From positions 31,409 to 95,408 of the forward strand of contig NEEC01000035.1 of NCBI GenBank assembly GCA_002189035.1: DNA of 64,000 nucleotides, in the 5' to 3' direction. Numbering within the stretch: position 1 is the first letter of the stretch; each line of letters begins with the position of its first letter. Made by a program: the position numbers and the translations under genes. This DNA comes from Utricularia gibba. Taxonomy: Eukaryota; Plantae; Magnoliophyta. Of this stretch, positions 44,301 through 57,517 are shown piece after piece. Below the pieces are notes generated by a model, which saw only the letters and a list, made by a program, of their open reading frames with translations, did no database searches and was not told the DNA's origin.

Positions 44301-47300
44301 CGAAATCATACTTACTTCACGTCATCCAATAAAACGCAGATCTCGAAAAAAATCACATCTGAAAATCGCGAATTCCTCGTGTTCCGAAACGCATCGTCGC
44401 GAACGTGGTGGCCAATTTGTGGCACATCTGAAGGCTAATATAAGGCGATAATTCGAGCTCTGATGCATCCTCGGACGAAGATGCTTTCAACACGGAAGCT
44501 GACCGGCACGGAAAGGGTTCGAAACGGTATGCCGGGCGCAGCGTGACTCATCTTGAGCTCAATATCATCCGGAACGGTGTGCGAGGCCAGGCATCACCTG
44601 CGGGCTAGGCGGACACCAGACTTGTTCTTGTCGAGATCGACCTCGAATACTTCACGTTCACGCCAATAAAACGCAGATAAGGCGCAAAATCACGAAAATC
44701 ACGAATCGTGCGATTCGTCGTGACGTGTGCATTTGTGGCGTGGTGGCTTATAATCGGCGATAATTCGATAAGGCGATAATTCGAGCTCTGATGCATCCTC
44801 GGACGAAGATGCTTTCAACACGGAAGCTGACCGGCACGGAAAGGGTTCGAAACGGTATGCCGGGCGCAGCGTGACTCATCTTGATCTTCAACGATATCCG
44901 GCACGGAAAGATGCCGAACGGTGGATGCGAGGCGAGGCCACCATGAGGCTGCGGGTAGGGACACACCAGAGCTTGTTCAGAGATCTCGAAAACCCATACT
45001 TCACGTCACAATAAAACGCAGATGTTTTGCATCACAATCGCGTCGATTCTCGTGTTCCGAGTCGCATCGTCGCGAACGTGGTGGCCAATTTGTGGCACAT
45101 CTGAAGGCTAATATAAGGCGATAATTCGAGCTCTGATGCATCCTCGGACGAAGATGCTTTCAACACGGAAGCTGACCGGCACGGAAAGGGGTTCGAAACG
45201 GTATGCCGGCGCAGCGTGACTCATCACGGTTTCAGGATATCGAAATACCGAACGGTGTGCGAGGCCACCATGAGGCTGGGGTAGGGACACACCCAGAGCT
45301 TGTTCAGAGATCGCATCGAAAACCCATACTTCACGTCACCAATAAACGCAGATCTTTTGCAAGCGAAAATCACAATCGCGTCGATTCTCGTGTTCCGAGT
45401 CTCATCGTCGCGAACGTGGTGGCCAATTTGTGGCACATCTGAAGGCTAATATAAGGCGATAATTCGAGCTCTGATGCATCCTCGGACGAAGATGCTTTCA
45501 ACACGGAAGCTGACCGGCACGGAAAGGGGTTCGAAACGGTATGCCGGGCGCAGCGTGACTCATCTTGATCTTAAGATATCGACGAGATGCCTGATGCGAG
45601 TCCTCGGACGAAGAGCTGCGGACGGAAGCTGACCGGCACGGAACGGGTAGCTTGGATATGACCGCGCAGCGTGAAAACCCATCATCTTCACGTCACCAAT
45701 AAAACGCAGATGTTTTGCAAGGCGAAAATCACAATCGCGTCGATTCGTGTTCCGAGTCGCATCGTCGCGAACGTGGTGGCCAATTTGTGGCACATCTGAA
45801 GGCTAATATAAGGCGATAATTCGAGCTCTGATGCATCCTCGGACGAAGATGCTTTCAACACGGAAGCTGACCGGCACGGAAAGGGGTTCGAAACGGTATG
45901 CCGGGCGCAGCGTGACTCATCTTGATCTTCAGATATCGACGAGATGCCGAACGGTGTGCGAGGCCACCATGAGGCTGCGGGTAGGAACACACCTAGAGCT
46001 TGTTCAGAGATCGCCTCGAAAACCCATACTTCACGTCACCAATAAAACAGATGTTTTGCAAGGAAAATCACAATCGCGTCGATTCTCGTGTTCCGAGTCG
46101 CATCGCGAACGTGGTGGCCAATTTGTGGCACATCTGAAGGCTAATATAAGGCGATCGCGTCGAGCTTGATGCGTGTTCCGGAGTCGAAGATGCGTCGCGA
46201 ACAACACGTGAAGCTGAATTTGTGCACGGAAAGAAGGCAAACGTATAGGCGATAATTCGAGCTCTGATGCATCCTCGGACGAAGATGCTTTCAACACGGA
46301 AGCTGACGGCACGGAACGGGTCAGGAATCGGTACGAATACCGAACGGTGTGCGAGGCACCATGAGGCTGCGGGTAGGGACACACCAGAGCTTGTTCAGAG
46401 ATCGCCTCGAAAACCCATACTTCACGTCACCAATAAAACGCAGATGTTTTGCAAGCGAAAATCACAATCGTCGATTCTCGTGTTCCGAGTCGCATCGTCG
46501 CGAACGTGGTGGCCAATTTGTGGCACATCTGAAGGCTAATATAAGGCGATAATTCGAGCTCTGATGCATCCTCGGACGAAGATGCTTTCAACACGGAAGC
46601 TGACCGGCACGGAAAGGGGTTCGAAACGGTATGCCGGCGCAGCGTGACTCATCTGATCTCGAAAACCCATAGACGAGATCACGTCACCCAATAAGGTGCA
46701 GAGGCCACCATGAAGGCTAATCGGAATGGACGACGATTCTTGTGTCATCCGAGATCGCCTCGTCGCGAACATACTTCACGTCACCCAATGGCAAAACGCA
46801 AGGCTTTAATAAGAAAATCATAATTCGAGCTCTGATGCATCCTCGGACGAAGATGCTTTCAACACGGAAGCTGACCGGCACGGAAAGGGGTTCGAAACGG
46901 TATGCCGGGCGCAGCGTGCGACTCGATCTTCGCTTCAAGATCGTGGTGAATGCCGAACGGTGTGCGAGGCATCAACCTAGGCTAAGGCGATAATTCGAGC
47001 TCTGATGCATCCTCGGACGAAGATGCTTTCAACACGGAAGCTGACCGGCACGGAAAGGGGTTCGAAACGGTATGCCGGGCGCGTTCAGAGATGACCTCGA
47101 TCTGCCATACTCAAGTCATCCAATAAAACGCAGATGTTTTGCAAGAGATGCCGAAACGGTGTGCAATCGAGGCGTCGAGCATGCTCGGCTGCGGGTCGGC
47201 ATCGTCGCGAACGAGGTGGCCAATGTTGTGCGCACATCTCGCCTCGAAGGCAGATAATATATTCTCGTGTTCCGAGTCGCGATAATTCGAGCTCGATAAT

Positions 47301-50290
47301 TCGATCTGCATCCTCGGACGAAGATGCTTTCAACACGGAAGCTGACCGGCACGGAAAGGGGTTCGAAACGGTATGCCGGGCGCAGCGTGACTCATCTTGA
47401 TCTTCAAGATATCGACGAGATGCCGAACGGTGTGCGAGGCCACCATGAGGCTGCGGGTAGGAACACACCTAGAGCTTGTTCAGAGATCGCCTCGAAAACC
47501 CATACTTCACGTCACCCAATAAAACGCAGATGTTTTGCAAGGCGAAAATCACAATCGCGTCGATTCTCGTGTTCCGAGTCGCATCGTCGCGAACGTGGTG
47601 GCCAATTTGTGGCACATCTGAAGGCTAATATAAGGCGATAATTCGAGCTCTGATGCATCCTCGGACGAAGATGCTTTCAACACGGAAGCTGACCGGCACG
47701 GAAGGGTTCGAAACGGTATGCCGGCGCAGCGTGACTCATCTTTTCAGATATGGCTGCCGAACGGTGTGCGAGGCCACCATGAGGCTGCGGGTAGGACACA
47801 CCAGAGCTTGTTCAGAGATCGCCTCGAAAACCCATACTTCACGTCATCCAATAAAACGCAGATGTTTTGCAAGGCGAAAATCACAATCGCGTCGATTCTC
47901 GTGTTCCGAGTCGCATCGTCGCGAACGTGGTGGCCAATTTGTGGCACATCTGAAGGCTATATAAGGCGATAATTCGAGCTCTGATGCATCCTCGGACGAA
48001 GATGCTTTCAACGGAAGCTGACCGGCACGGAACGGGCATAGCGCAGCGTGACTCATCGGAGGCTGCGGGTAGGACACACCTAACTTCACGGAAAATCACA
48101 ATCGCGTCGATTCTCGTGTTCCGAGTCGCATCGTGTTGGCAATTTGAGATCGCCTCGAAACGACCCATACCGGCGGAAAGGGCTTCGAAACGGTATGCCG
48201 GCGCAGCGTGACTCATCTTGATAAGAACGACGAGATGTTTGAGGCTGCAAGGCTTGAGAGAATACTTCACGTCACCCATAAAAAACGCAGTCGAAAATCA
48301 CAAATCGCGTCGATGTGTTCCGAGTCGCGATCGTCGCGGCGAAATTCGAGCTGATGCATCCTCGGACGAAGATGCTTTCAACACGGAAGCTGACGGCACG
48401 GAAAGGGTTCGAAACGGTATGCCGGCGCAGCGTGACTCATCTTGAAGGACTAATATGAAGGCGATTGTTCAGAGATTCGAGTCTCGCAGATGTTTTGCAT
48501 GCGTCGATCTCTGTTCGGTCGCACGAACGATGCTCTTCGAAATTCGACGATGCATCCTCGGACGAAGATGCTTTCAACACGGAAGCTGACCGGCACGGAA
48601 AGGGGTTCGAAACGGTATGCCGGCGCAGCGTGACTCATCTTTTCAAGATATCGACGAGATGCCGAACGGTGTGCGAGGCCACCATGAGGCTGCGGGTAGG
48701 GACACACCCAGAGCTTGTTCAGAGATCGCCTCGAAAACCCATACTTCACGTCACCCAATAAAACAGATGTTTTGCAAGGCCGAAAATCACAATCGCGTCG
48801 ATTCTCGTGTTCCGAGTCATCGTCGCGAACGTGGTGGCCAATTTGTGGCACATCTGAAGGCTAATATAAGGCGATAATTCGAGCTCTGATGCATCCTCGG
48901 ACGAAGATGCTTTCAACACGGAAGCTGACCGGCACGGAAACGCGGTTCGAAACGGTATGCCGAAGGCGGCAGAGCTGTGACCTCAGAGATCAACACGATT
49001 TTTTGCAAGATCATCGACGAGATGCCGAACGGTGTGCGAGGCCACCATGAGGCTGCGGGTAGGACACACACCTGAGAGCAGATGTGTTCAGGAGATCGTC
49101 GCTCGAAAACCCATACTTCACGTCACCCAATAAACGCAGATGTTTTGCAAGGCGAAAATCACAATCGCGTCGATTCTCGTGTTCCGAGTCGCATCGTCGC
49201 GAACGTGGTGGCCAATTTGTGGCACATCTGAAGGCTAATATAAGGCGATAATTCGAGCTCTGATGCATCCTCGGACGAAGATGCTTTCAACACGGAAGCT
49301 GACCGGCACGGAAAGGGTTCGAAACGGTATGCCGGGCGCAGCGTGACTCATCTTGATCTTCAGGATATCGACGAATGCCGAACGGTGTGCGAGGCCACCA
49401 TGAGGCTGCGGGTAGGGACACACCCAGAGCTTGTTCAGAGATCGCTCGAAAACCCATACTTCACGTCACCCAATAAAACGCAGATGTTTTGCAAGCCGAA
49501 AATCACAATCGCGTCGATTCTCGTGTTCCGAGTCGCATCGTCGCGAACGTGGTGGCCAATTTGTGGCACATCTGAAGGCTAATATAAGGCGATAATTCGA
49601 GCTCTGATGCATCCTCGGACGAAGATGCTTTCAACACGGAAGCTGACCGGCACGGAACGGGTTCGAAACGGTATGCCGGGCGCAGCGTGACATCTTATCT
49701 TCAAGATATCTGCCGAACGGTCGAGGCCACCATGATGCGGGTATCTTGACGCCTCGAAAACCCATACTTCACATCACCCAATAAAACAGATGCCGAACAC
49801 AATCGCGTGTTCTCGCCGAGGCCACCAATGAGAAGCTGGCGATAATTCGAGCTCTGATGCATCCTCGGACGAAGATGCTTTCAACACGGAAGCTGACCGG
49901 CACGGAAGGGGTTCGAAACGGGTTGTTCAGAGATCGCCTGAGGCGAGGAACACCCAGAGCTAGAGATCGCCTCGAAAACCCATACTTCACGTCACATCCA
50001 GCTCTGATAAAATGCGCAGATGTCACAATTTTCTCGCAAGCATCGCACATCTGAAGGCTAATATAAGGCGATGCATCCTCGGACGAAGATGCTTTCAACA
50101 CGGAAACCGGCACGGAAAGGGGTCACGAGCGCAGCGTGACTCATCACGGTTTTCAGGAATCGCGTCGATTTTGTGGCTCGAGCTGTCCTCGGACGAAGAT
50201 GCTTTCAACACGGAAGCTGATCGTCGCGAACGTGGTGGCCAATTTGTGGCACATCTGAAGGCTAATATAAGGCGATAATTCGAGCTCTGA
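41400..50290. other. Second degenerate/scrambled portion of the array
   Basis: Short 150-330 bp units, local duplications and shuffled monomer fragments interleaved with a few intact units (e.g. 47324-47652). Confidence 0.7.
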
Positions 50291-51322
50291 TGCATCCTCG
50301 GACGAAGATGCTTTCAACACGGAAGCTGACCGGCACGGAAAGGGGTTCGAAACGGTATGCCGGCGCAGCGTGACTCATCACGGTTTTTCAGGATATCGCC
50401 GAAATCCGAACGGTGTGCGAGGCCACATGAGGCTGCGGGTAGGGACACACCCAGAGCTTGTTCAGAGATCGCATCGAAAACCCATACTTCACGTCACCCA
50501 ATAAAACGCAGATGTTTTGCAAGCGAAAATCACAATCGCGTCGATTCTCGTGTTCCGAGTCGCATCGTCGCGAACGTGGTGGCCAATTTGTGGCACATCT
50601 GAAGGCTAATATAAGGCGATAATTCGAGCTCTGATGCATCCTCGGACGAAGATGCTTTCAACACGGAAGCTGACCGGCACGGAAAGGGGTTCGAAACGGT
50701 ATGCCGGGCGCAGCGTGACTCATCTTGATCTTCAAGATATCGACGAGATGCCGAACGGTGTGCGAGGCCACCATGAGGCTGCGGGTAGGAACACACCTAG
50801 AGCTTGTTCAGAGATCGCCTCGAAAACCCATACTTCACGTCACCCAATAAAAACGCAGATGTTTTGCAAGCGAAAATCACAATCGCGTCGATTCTCGTGT
50901 TCCGAGTCGCATCGTCGCGAACGTGGTGGCCAATTTGTGCACATCTGAAGGCTAATATAAGGCGATAATTCGAGCTCTGATGCATCCTCGGACGAAGATG
51001 CTTTCAACACGGAAGCTGACCGGCACGGAAAGGGGTTCGAAACGGTATGCCGGGCGCAGCGTGACTCATCATCTTCAAGATATCGACGAGATGCCGAACG
51101 GTGTGCGAGGCCACCATGAGGCTGCGGGTAGGGACACACCCAGAGCTTGTTCAGAGATCGCTCGAAAACCCATACTTCACGTCATCCAATAAAACGCAGA
51201 TCTTTTGCAAGCCGAAAATCACAATCGCGTCGATTCTCGTGTTCCGAAACTCATCGTCGCGAACGTGGTGGCCAATTTGTGGCACATCTGAAGGCTAAGA
51301 TAAGGCGATAATTCGAGCTCTG

Positions 51323-51658
51323 ATGCATCCTCGGACGAAGAAGCTTTCAACACGGAAGCTGACCGGCACGGAACGGGCTTCGAAACGGTATGCCGGGCGC
51401 AGCGTGACTCATCTTGATCTTCAAGATATCGACGAGATGCCGAACGGTGTGCGAGGCCACCATGAGGCTGCGGGTAGGGACACACCCAGAGCTTGTTCAG
51501 AGATCGCCTCGAAAACCCATACTTCACGTCACCCAATAAAACGCAGATGTTTTGCAAGGCGAAAATCACAATCGCGTCGATTCTCGTGTTCCGAGTCGCA
51601 TCGTCGCGAACGTGGTGGCCAATTTGTGGCACATCTGAAGGCTAATATAAGGCGATAA
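51323..51658 (+). CDS. Second intact copy of the 111-aa monomer ORF (D/A haplotype; hypothetical)
   Basis: Same frame and length, with substitutions M7K, G19A and N53D and no stop. Confidence 0.12.
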   Translation: MHPRTKKLSTRKLTGTERASKRYAGRSVTHLDLQDIDEMPNGVRGHHEAAGRDTPRACSEIASKTHTSRHPIKRRCFARRKSQSRRFSCSESHRRERGGQFVAHLKANIRR

Positions 51659-54600
51659 TTCGAGCTCTGATGCATCCTCGGACGAAGATGCTTTCAACAC
51701 GGAAGCTGACCGGCACGGAAAGGGGTTCGAAACGGTATGCCGGCGCAGCGTGACTCATCATTTTTCAGGATATCGCCGAAATACCGAACGGTGTGCGAGG
51801 CCACCATGAGGCTGCGGGTAGGGACACACCCAGAGCTTGTTCAGAGATCGCATCGAAAACCCATACTTCACGTCATCCAATAAAACACAGATCTTTTGCA
51901 AGCGAAAATCAAATCGCGTCGATTCTCGTGTTCCGAGTCGCATCGTCGCGAACGTGGTGGCCAATTTGTGGCACATCTGAAGGCTAAGATAAGGCGATAA
52001 TTCGAGCTCTGATGCATCCTCGGACGAAGATGCTTTCAACACGGAAGCTGACCGGCACGGAACGGGCTTCGAAACGGATGCCGGGCGCAGCGTGACTCAT
52101 CTGATCTTCAAGATATCGACGAGATGCCGAACGGTGTGCGAGGCCACCATGAGGCTGCGGGTAGGAACACACCAGAGCTTGTTCAGAGATCGCCTCGAAA
52201 ACCCATACTTCACGTCACCAATAAAACGCAGATGTTTTTGCAAGCGAAAATCACAATCGCGTCGATTCTCGTGTTCCGAGTCGCATCGTCGCGAACGTGG
52301 TGGCCAATTTGTGGCACATCTGAAGGCTAATATAAGGCGATAATTCGAGCTCTGATGCATCCTCGGACGAAGATGCTTTCAACACGGAAGCTGACCGGCA
52401 CGGAAAGGGGTTCGAAACGGTATGCCGGGCGCAGCGTGACTCATCATCTTCAAGATATCGACGAGATGCCGAACGGTGTGCGAGGCCACCATGAGGCTGC
52501 GGGTAGGAACACACCTAGAGCTTGTTCAGAGATCGCCTCGAAAACCCATACTTCACGTCACCCAATAAAACAGATGTTTTGCAAGGCGAAAATCACAATC
52601 GCGTCGATTCTCGTGTTCCGAGTCGCATCGTCGCGAACGTGGTGGCCAATTTGTGGCACATCTGAAGGCTAATATAAGGCGATAATTCGAGCTCTGATGC
52701 ATCCTCGGACGAAGATGCTTTCAACACGGAAGCTGACCGGCACGGAAAGGGGTTCGAAACGGTATGCCGGCGCAGCGTGACTCATCACGGTTTTCAGGAT
52801 ATCGCCGAAATACCGAACGGTGTGCGAGGCCACCATGAGGCTGCGGGTAGGACACACCCAGAGCTTGTTCAGAGATCGCCTCGAAAACCCATACTTCACG
52901 TCATCCAATAAAACGCAGATCTTTTGCAAGCCGAAAATCACAATCGCGTCGATTCTCGTGTTCCGAAACGCATCGTCGCGAACGTGGTGGCCAATTTGTG
53001 GCACATCTGAAGGCTAATATAAGGCGATAATTCGAGCTCTGATGCATCCTCGGACGAAGATGCTTTCAACACGGAAGCTGACCGGCACGGAAAGGGTTCG
53101 AAACGGTATGCCGGGCGCAGCGTGACTCATCTTGATCTTTCAAGATATCGACGAGATGCCGAACGGTGTGCGAGGCCACCATGAGGCTGCGGGTAGGGAC
53201 ACACCCAGAGCTTGTTCAGAGATCGCCTCGAAAACCCATACTTCACGTCACCAATAAAACGCAGATGTTTTGCAAGGCGAAAATCACAATCGCGTCGATT
53301 CTCGTGTTCCGAGTCGCATCGTCGCGAACGTGGTGGCCAATTTGTGGCACATCTGAAGGCTAATATAAGGCGATAATTCGAGCTCTGATGCATCCTCGGA
53401 CGAAGATGCTTTCAACACGGAAGCTGACCGGCACGGAAAGGGTTCGAAACGGTATGCCGACGCAGCGTGACTCATCACGGTTTCAGGATATCGCCGAAAT
53501 ACCGAACGGTGTGCGAGGCCACCATGAGGCTGCGGGTAGGACACACCCAGAGCTTGTTCAGAGATCGCATCGAAAACCCATACTTCACGTCATCCAATAA
53601 ACGCAGATGTTTTTGCAAGCCGAAAATCACAATCGCGTCGATTCTCGTGTTCCGAGTCGCATCGTCGCGAACGTGGTGGCCAATTTGTGGCACATCTGAA
53701 GGCTAATATAAGGCGATAATTCGAGCTCTGATGCATCCTCGGACGAAGATGCTTTCAACACGGAAGCTGACCGGCACGGAACGGGTTCGAAACGGTATGC
53801 CGGGCGCAGCGTGACTCATCTTGATCTTCAGATATCGACGAGATGCCGAACGGTGTGCGAGGCCACCATGAGGCTGCGGGTAGGAACACACCCAGAGCTT
53901 GTTCAGAGATCGCCTCGAAAACCCATACTTCACGTCACCCAATAAAACGCAGATGTTTTTGCAAGGCGAAAATCACAATCGCGTCGATTCTCGTGTTCCG
54001 AGTCGCATCGTCGCGAACGTGGTGGCCAATTTGTGGCACATCTGAAGGCTAATATAAGGCGATAATTCGAGCTCTGATGCATCCTCGGACGAAGATGCTT
54101 TCAACACGGAAGCTGACCGGCACGGAAAGGGGTTCGAAACGGTATGCCGGGCGCAGCGTGACTCATCTTGATCTTCAAGATATCGACGAATGCCGAACGG
54201 TGTGCGAGGCCACCATGAGGCTGCGGGTAGGAACACACCTAGAGCTTGTTCAGAGATCGCCTCGAAAACCCATACTTCACGTCACCCAATAAAACGCAGA
54301 TGTTTTGCAAGGCGAAAATCACAATCGCGTCGATTCTCGTGTTCCGAGTCGCATCGTCGCGAACGTGGTGGCCAATTTGTGGCACATCTGAAGGCTAATA
54401 TAAGGCGATAATTCGAGCTCTGATGCATCCTCGGACGAAGATGCTTTCAACACGGAAGCTGACCGGCACGGAAAGGGGTTCGAAACGGTATGCCGGCGCA
54501 GCGTGACTCATCTTTTTCAGGATATCGCCGAAATACCGAACGGTGTGCGAGGCCACCATGAGGCTGCGGGTAGGGACACACCCAGAGCTTGTTCAGAGAT

Positions 54601-55109
54601 CGCATCGAAAACCATACTTCACGTCACCAATAAAACGCAGATGTTTTGCAAGCCGAAAATCACAATCGCGTCGATTCTCGTGTTCCGAGTCGCATCGTCG
54701 CGAACGTGGTGGCCAATTTGTGGCACATCTGAAGGCTAATATAAGGCGATAATTCGAGCTCTGATGCATCCTCGGACGAAGATGCTTTCAAACGGAAGCT
54801 GACCGGCACGGAAAGGGGTTCGAAACGGTATGCCGGGCGCAGCGTGACTCATCTTGATCTTCAAGATATCGACGAGATGCCGAACGGTGTGCGAGGCCAC
54901 CATGAGGCTGCGGGTAGGGACACACCCAGAGCTTGTTCAGAGATCGCCTCGAAAACCCATACTTCACGTCACCCAATAAAACGCAGATGTTTTGCAAGGC
55001 GAAAATCACAATCGCGTCGATTCTCGTGTTCCGAGTCGCATCGTCGCGAACGTGGTGGCCAATTTGTGGCACATCTGAAGGCTAATATAAGGCGATAATT
55101 CGAGCTCTG

Positions 55110-57517
55110 ATGCATCCTCGGACGAAGATGCTTTCAACACGGAAGCTGACCGGCACGGAAAGGGGTTCGAAACGGTATGCCGGGCGCAGCGTGACTCATC
55201 TTGATCTTCAAGATATCGACGAGATGCCGAACGGTGTGCGAGGCCACCATGAGGCTGCGGGTAGGAACACACCTAGAGCTTGTTCAGAGATCGCCTCGAA
55301 AACCCCATACTTCACGTCACCCAATAAAACACAGATGTTTTGCAAGCGAAAATCACAATCGCGTCGATTCTCGTGTTCCGAGTCGCATCGTCGCGAACGT
55401 GGTGGCCAATTTGTGGCACATCTGAAGGCTAATATAAGGCGATAATTCGAGCTCTGATGCATCCTCGGACGAAGATGCTTTCAACACGGAAGCTGACCGG
55501 CACGGAAAGGGGTTCGAAACGGTATGCCGGCGCAGCGTGACTCATCACGGTTTTCAGGATATCGCCGAAATACCGAACGGTGTGCGAGGCCACCATGAGG
55601 CTGCGGGTAGGGACACACCCAGAGCTTGTTCAGAGATCGCCTCGAAAACCCATACTTCACGTCACCCAATAAAACGCAGATGTTTTGCAAGGCGAAAATC
55701 ACAATCGCGTCGATTCGTGTTCCGAGTCGCATCGTCGCGAACGTGGTGGCCAATTTGTGGCACATCTGAAGGCTAATATAAGGCGATAATTCGAGCTCTG
55801 ATGCATCCTCGGACGAAGATGCTTTCAACACGGAAGCTGACCGGCACGGAAAGGGGTTCGAAACGGTATGCCGGGCGCAGCGTGACTCATCTTGATCTTC
55901 AAGATATCGACGAGATGCCGAACGGTGTGCGAGGCCACCATGAGGCTGCGGGTAGGAACACACCAGAGCTTGTTCAGAGATCGCCTCGAAAACCCATACT
56001 TCACGTCACCCAATAAAACGCAGATGTTTTGCAAGGCGAAAATCACAATCGCGTCGATTCTCGTGTTCCGAGTCGCATCGTCGCGAACGTGGTGGCCAAT
56101 TTGTGGCACATCTGAAGGCTAATATAAGGCGATAATTCGAGCTCTGATGCATCCTCGGACGAAGATGCTTTCAACACGGAAGCTGACCGGCACGGAAAGG
56201 GGTTCGAAACGGTATGCCGGCGCAGCGTGACTCATCACGGTTTTCAGGATATCCGAAATACCGAACGGTGTGCGAGGCCACCATGAGGCTGCGGGTAGGG
56301 ACACACCCAGAGCTTGTTCAGAGATCGCCTCGAAAACCCATACTTCACGTCACCAATAAAACGCAGATGTTTTGCAAGCCGAAAATCACAATCGCGTCGA
56401 TTCTCGTGTTCCGAGTCGCATCGTCGCGAACGTGGTGGCCAATTTGTGGCACATCTGAAGGCTAATATAAGGCGATAATTCGAGCTCTGATGCATCCTCG
56501 GACGAAGATGCTTTCAACACGGAAGCTGACCGGCACGGAAAGGGGTTCGAAACGGTATGCCGGGCGCAGCGTGACTCATCTTGATCTTCAGATATCGACG
56601 AATGCCGAACGGTGTGCGAGGCCACCATGAGGCTGCGGGTAGGGACACACCAGAGCTTGTTCAGAGATCGCCTCGAAAACCCATACTTCACGTCACCCAA
56701 TAAAACGCAGATGTTTTGCAAGGCGAAAATCACAATCGCGTCGATTCTCGTGTTCCGAGTCGCATCGTCGCGAACGTGGTGGCCAATTTGTGGCACATCT
56801 GAAGGCTAATATAAGGCGATAATTCGAGCTCTGATGCATCCTCGGACGAAGATGCTTTCAACACGGAAGCTGACCGGCACGGAAAGGGGTTCGAAACGGT
56901 ATGCCGGCGCAGCGTGACTCATCACGGTTTTCAGGATATCGCCGACCCGAACGGTGTGCGAGGCCACCATGAGGCTGCGGGTAGGGACACACCCAGAGCT
57001 TGTTCAGAGATCGCCTCGAAAACCCATACTTCACGTCACCAATAAAACAGATCTTTTGCAAGCGAAAATCACAATCGCGTCGATTCTCGTGTTCCGAGTC
57101 GCATCGTCGCGAACGTGGTGGCCAATTTGTGGCACATCTGAAGGCTAAGATAAGGCGATAATTCGAGCTCTGATGCATCCTCGGACGAAGATGCTTTCAA
57201 CACGGAAGCTGACCGGCACGGAAAGGGCTTCGAAACGGTATGCCGGGCGCAGCGTGACTCATCTTGATCTTCAAGATATCGACGAGATGCCGAACGGTGT
57301 GCGAGGCCACCATGAGGCTGCGGGTAGGAACACCCAGAGCTTGTTCAGAGATCGCCTCGAAAACCCATACTTCACGTCACCCAATAAAACGCAGATGTTT
57401 TGCAAGGCGAAAATCACAATCGCGTCGATTCTCGTGTTCCGAGTCGCATCGTCGCGAACGTGGTGGCCAATTTGTGGCACATCTGAAGGCTAATATAAGG
57501 CGATAATTCGAGCTCTG
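55110..57517 (+). repeat. Local AB dimeric higher-order repeat (~690 bp period)
   Basis: Units at 55110 A, 55457 B, 55801 A, 56147 B, 56490 A, 56834 B, 57173 A, typed by the CTTGATCTTCAAG / CACGGTTTTCAGG segment. B-to-B spacing is 690 and 687 bp. Confidence 0.65.
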
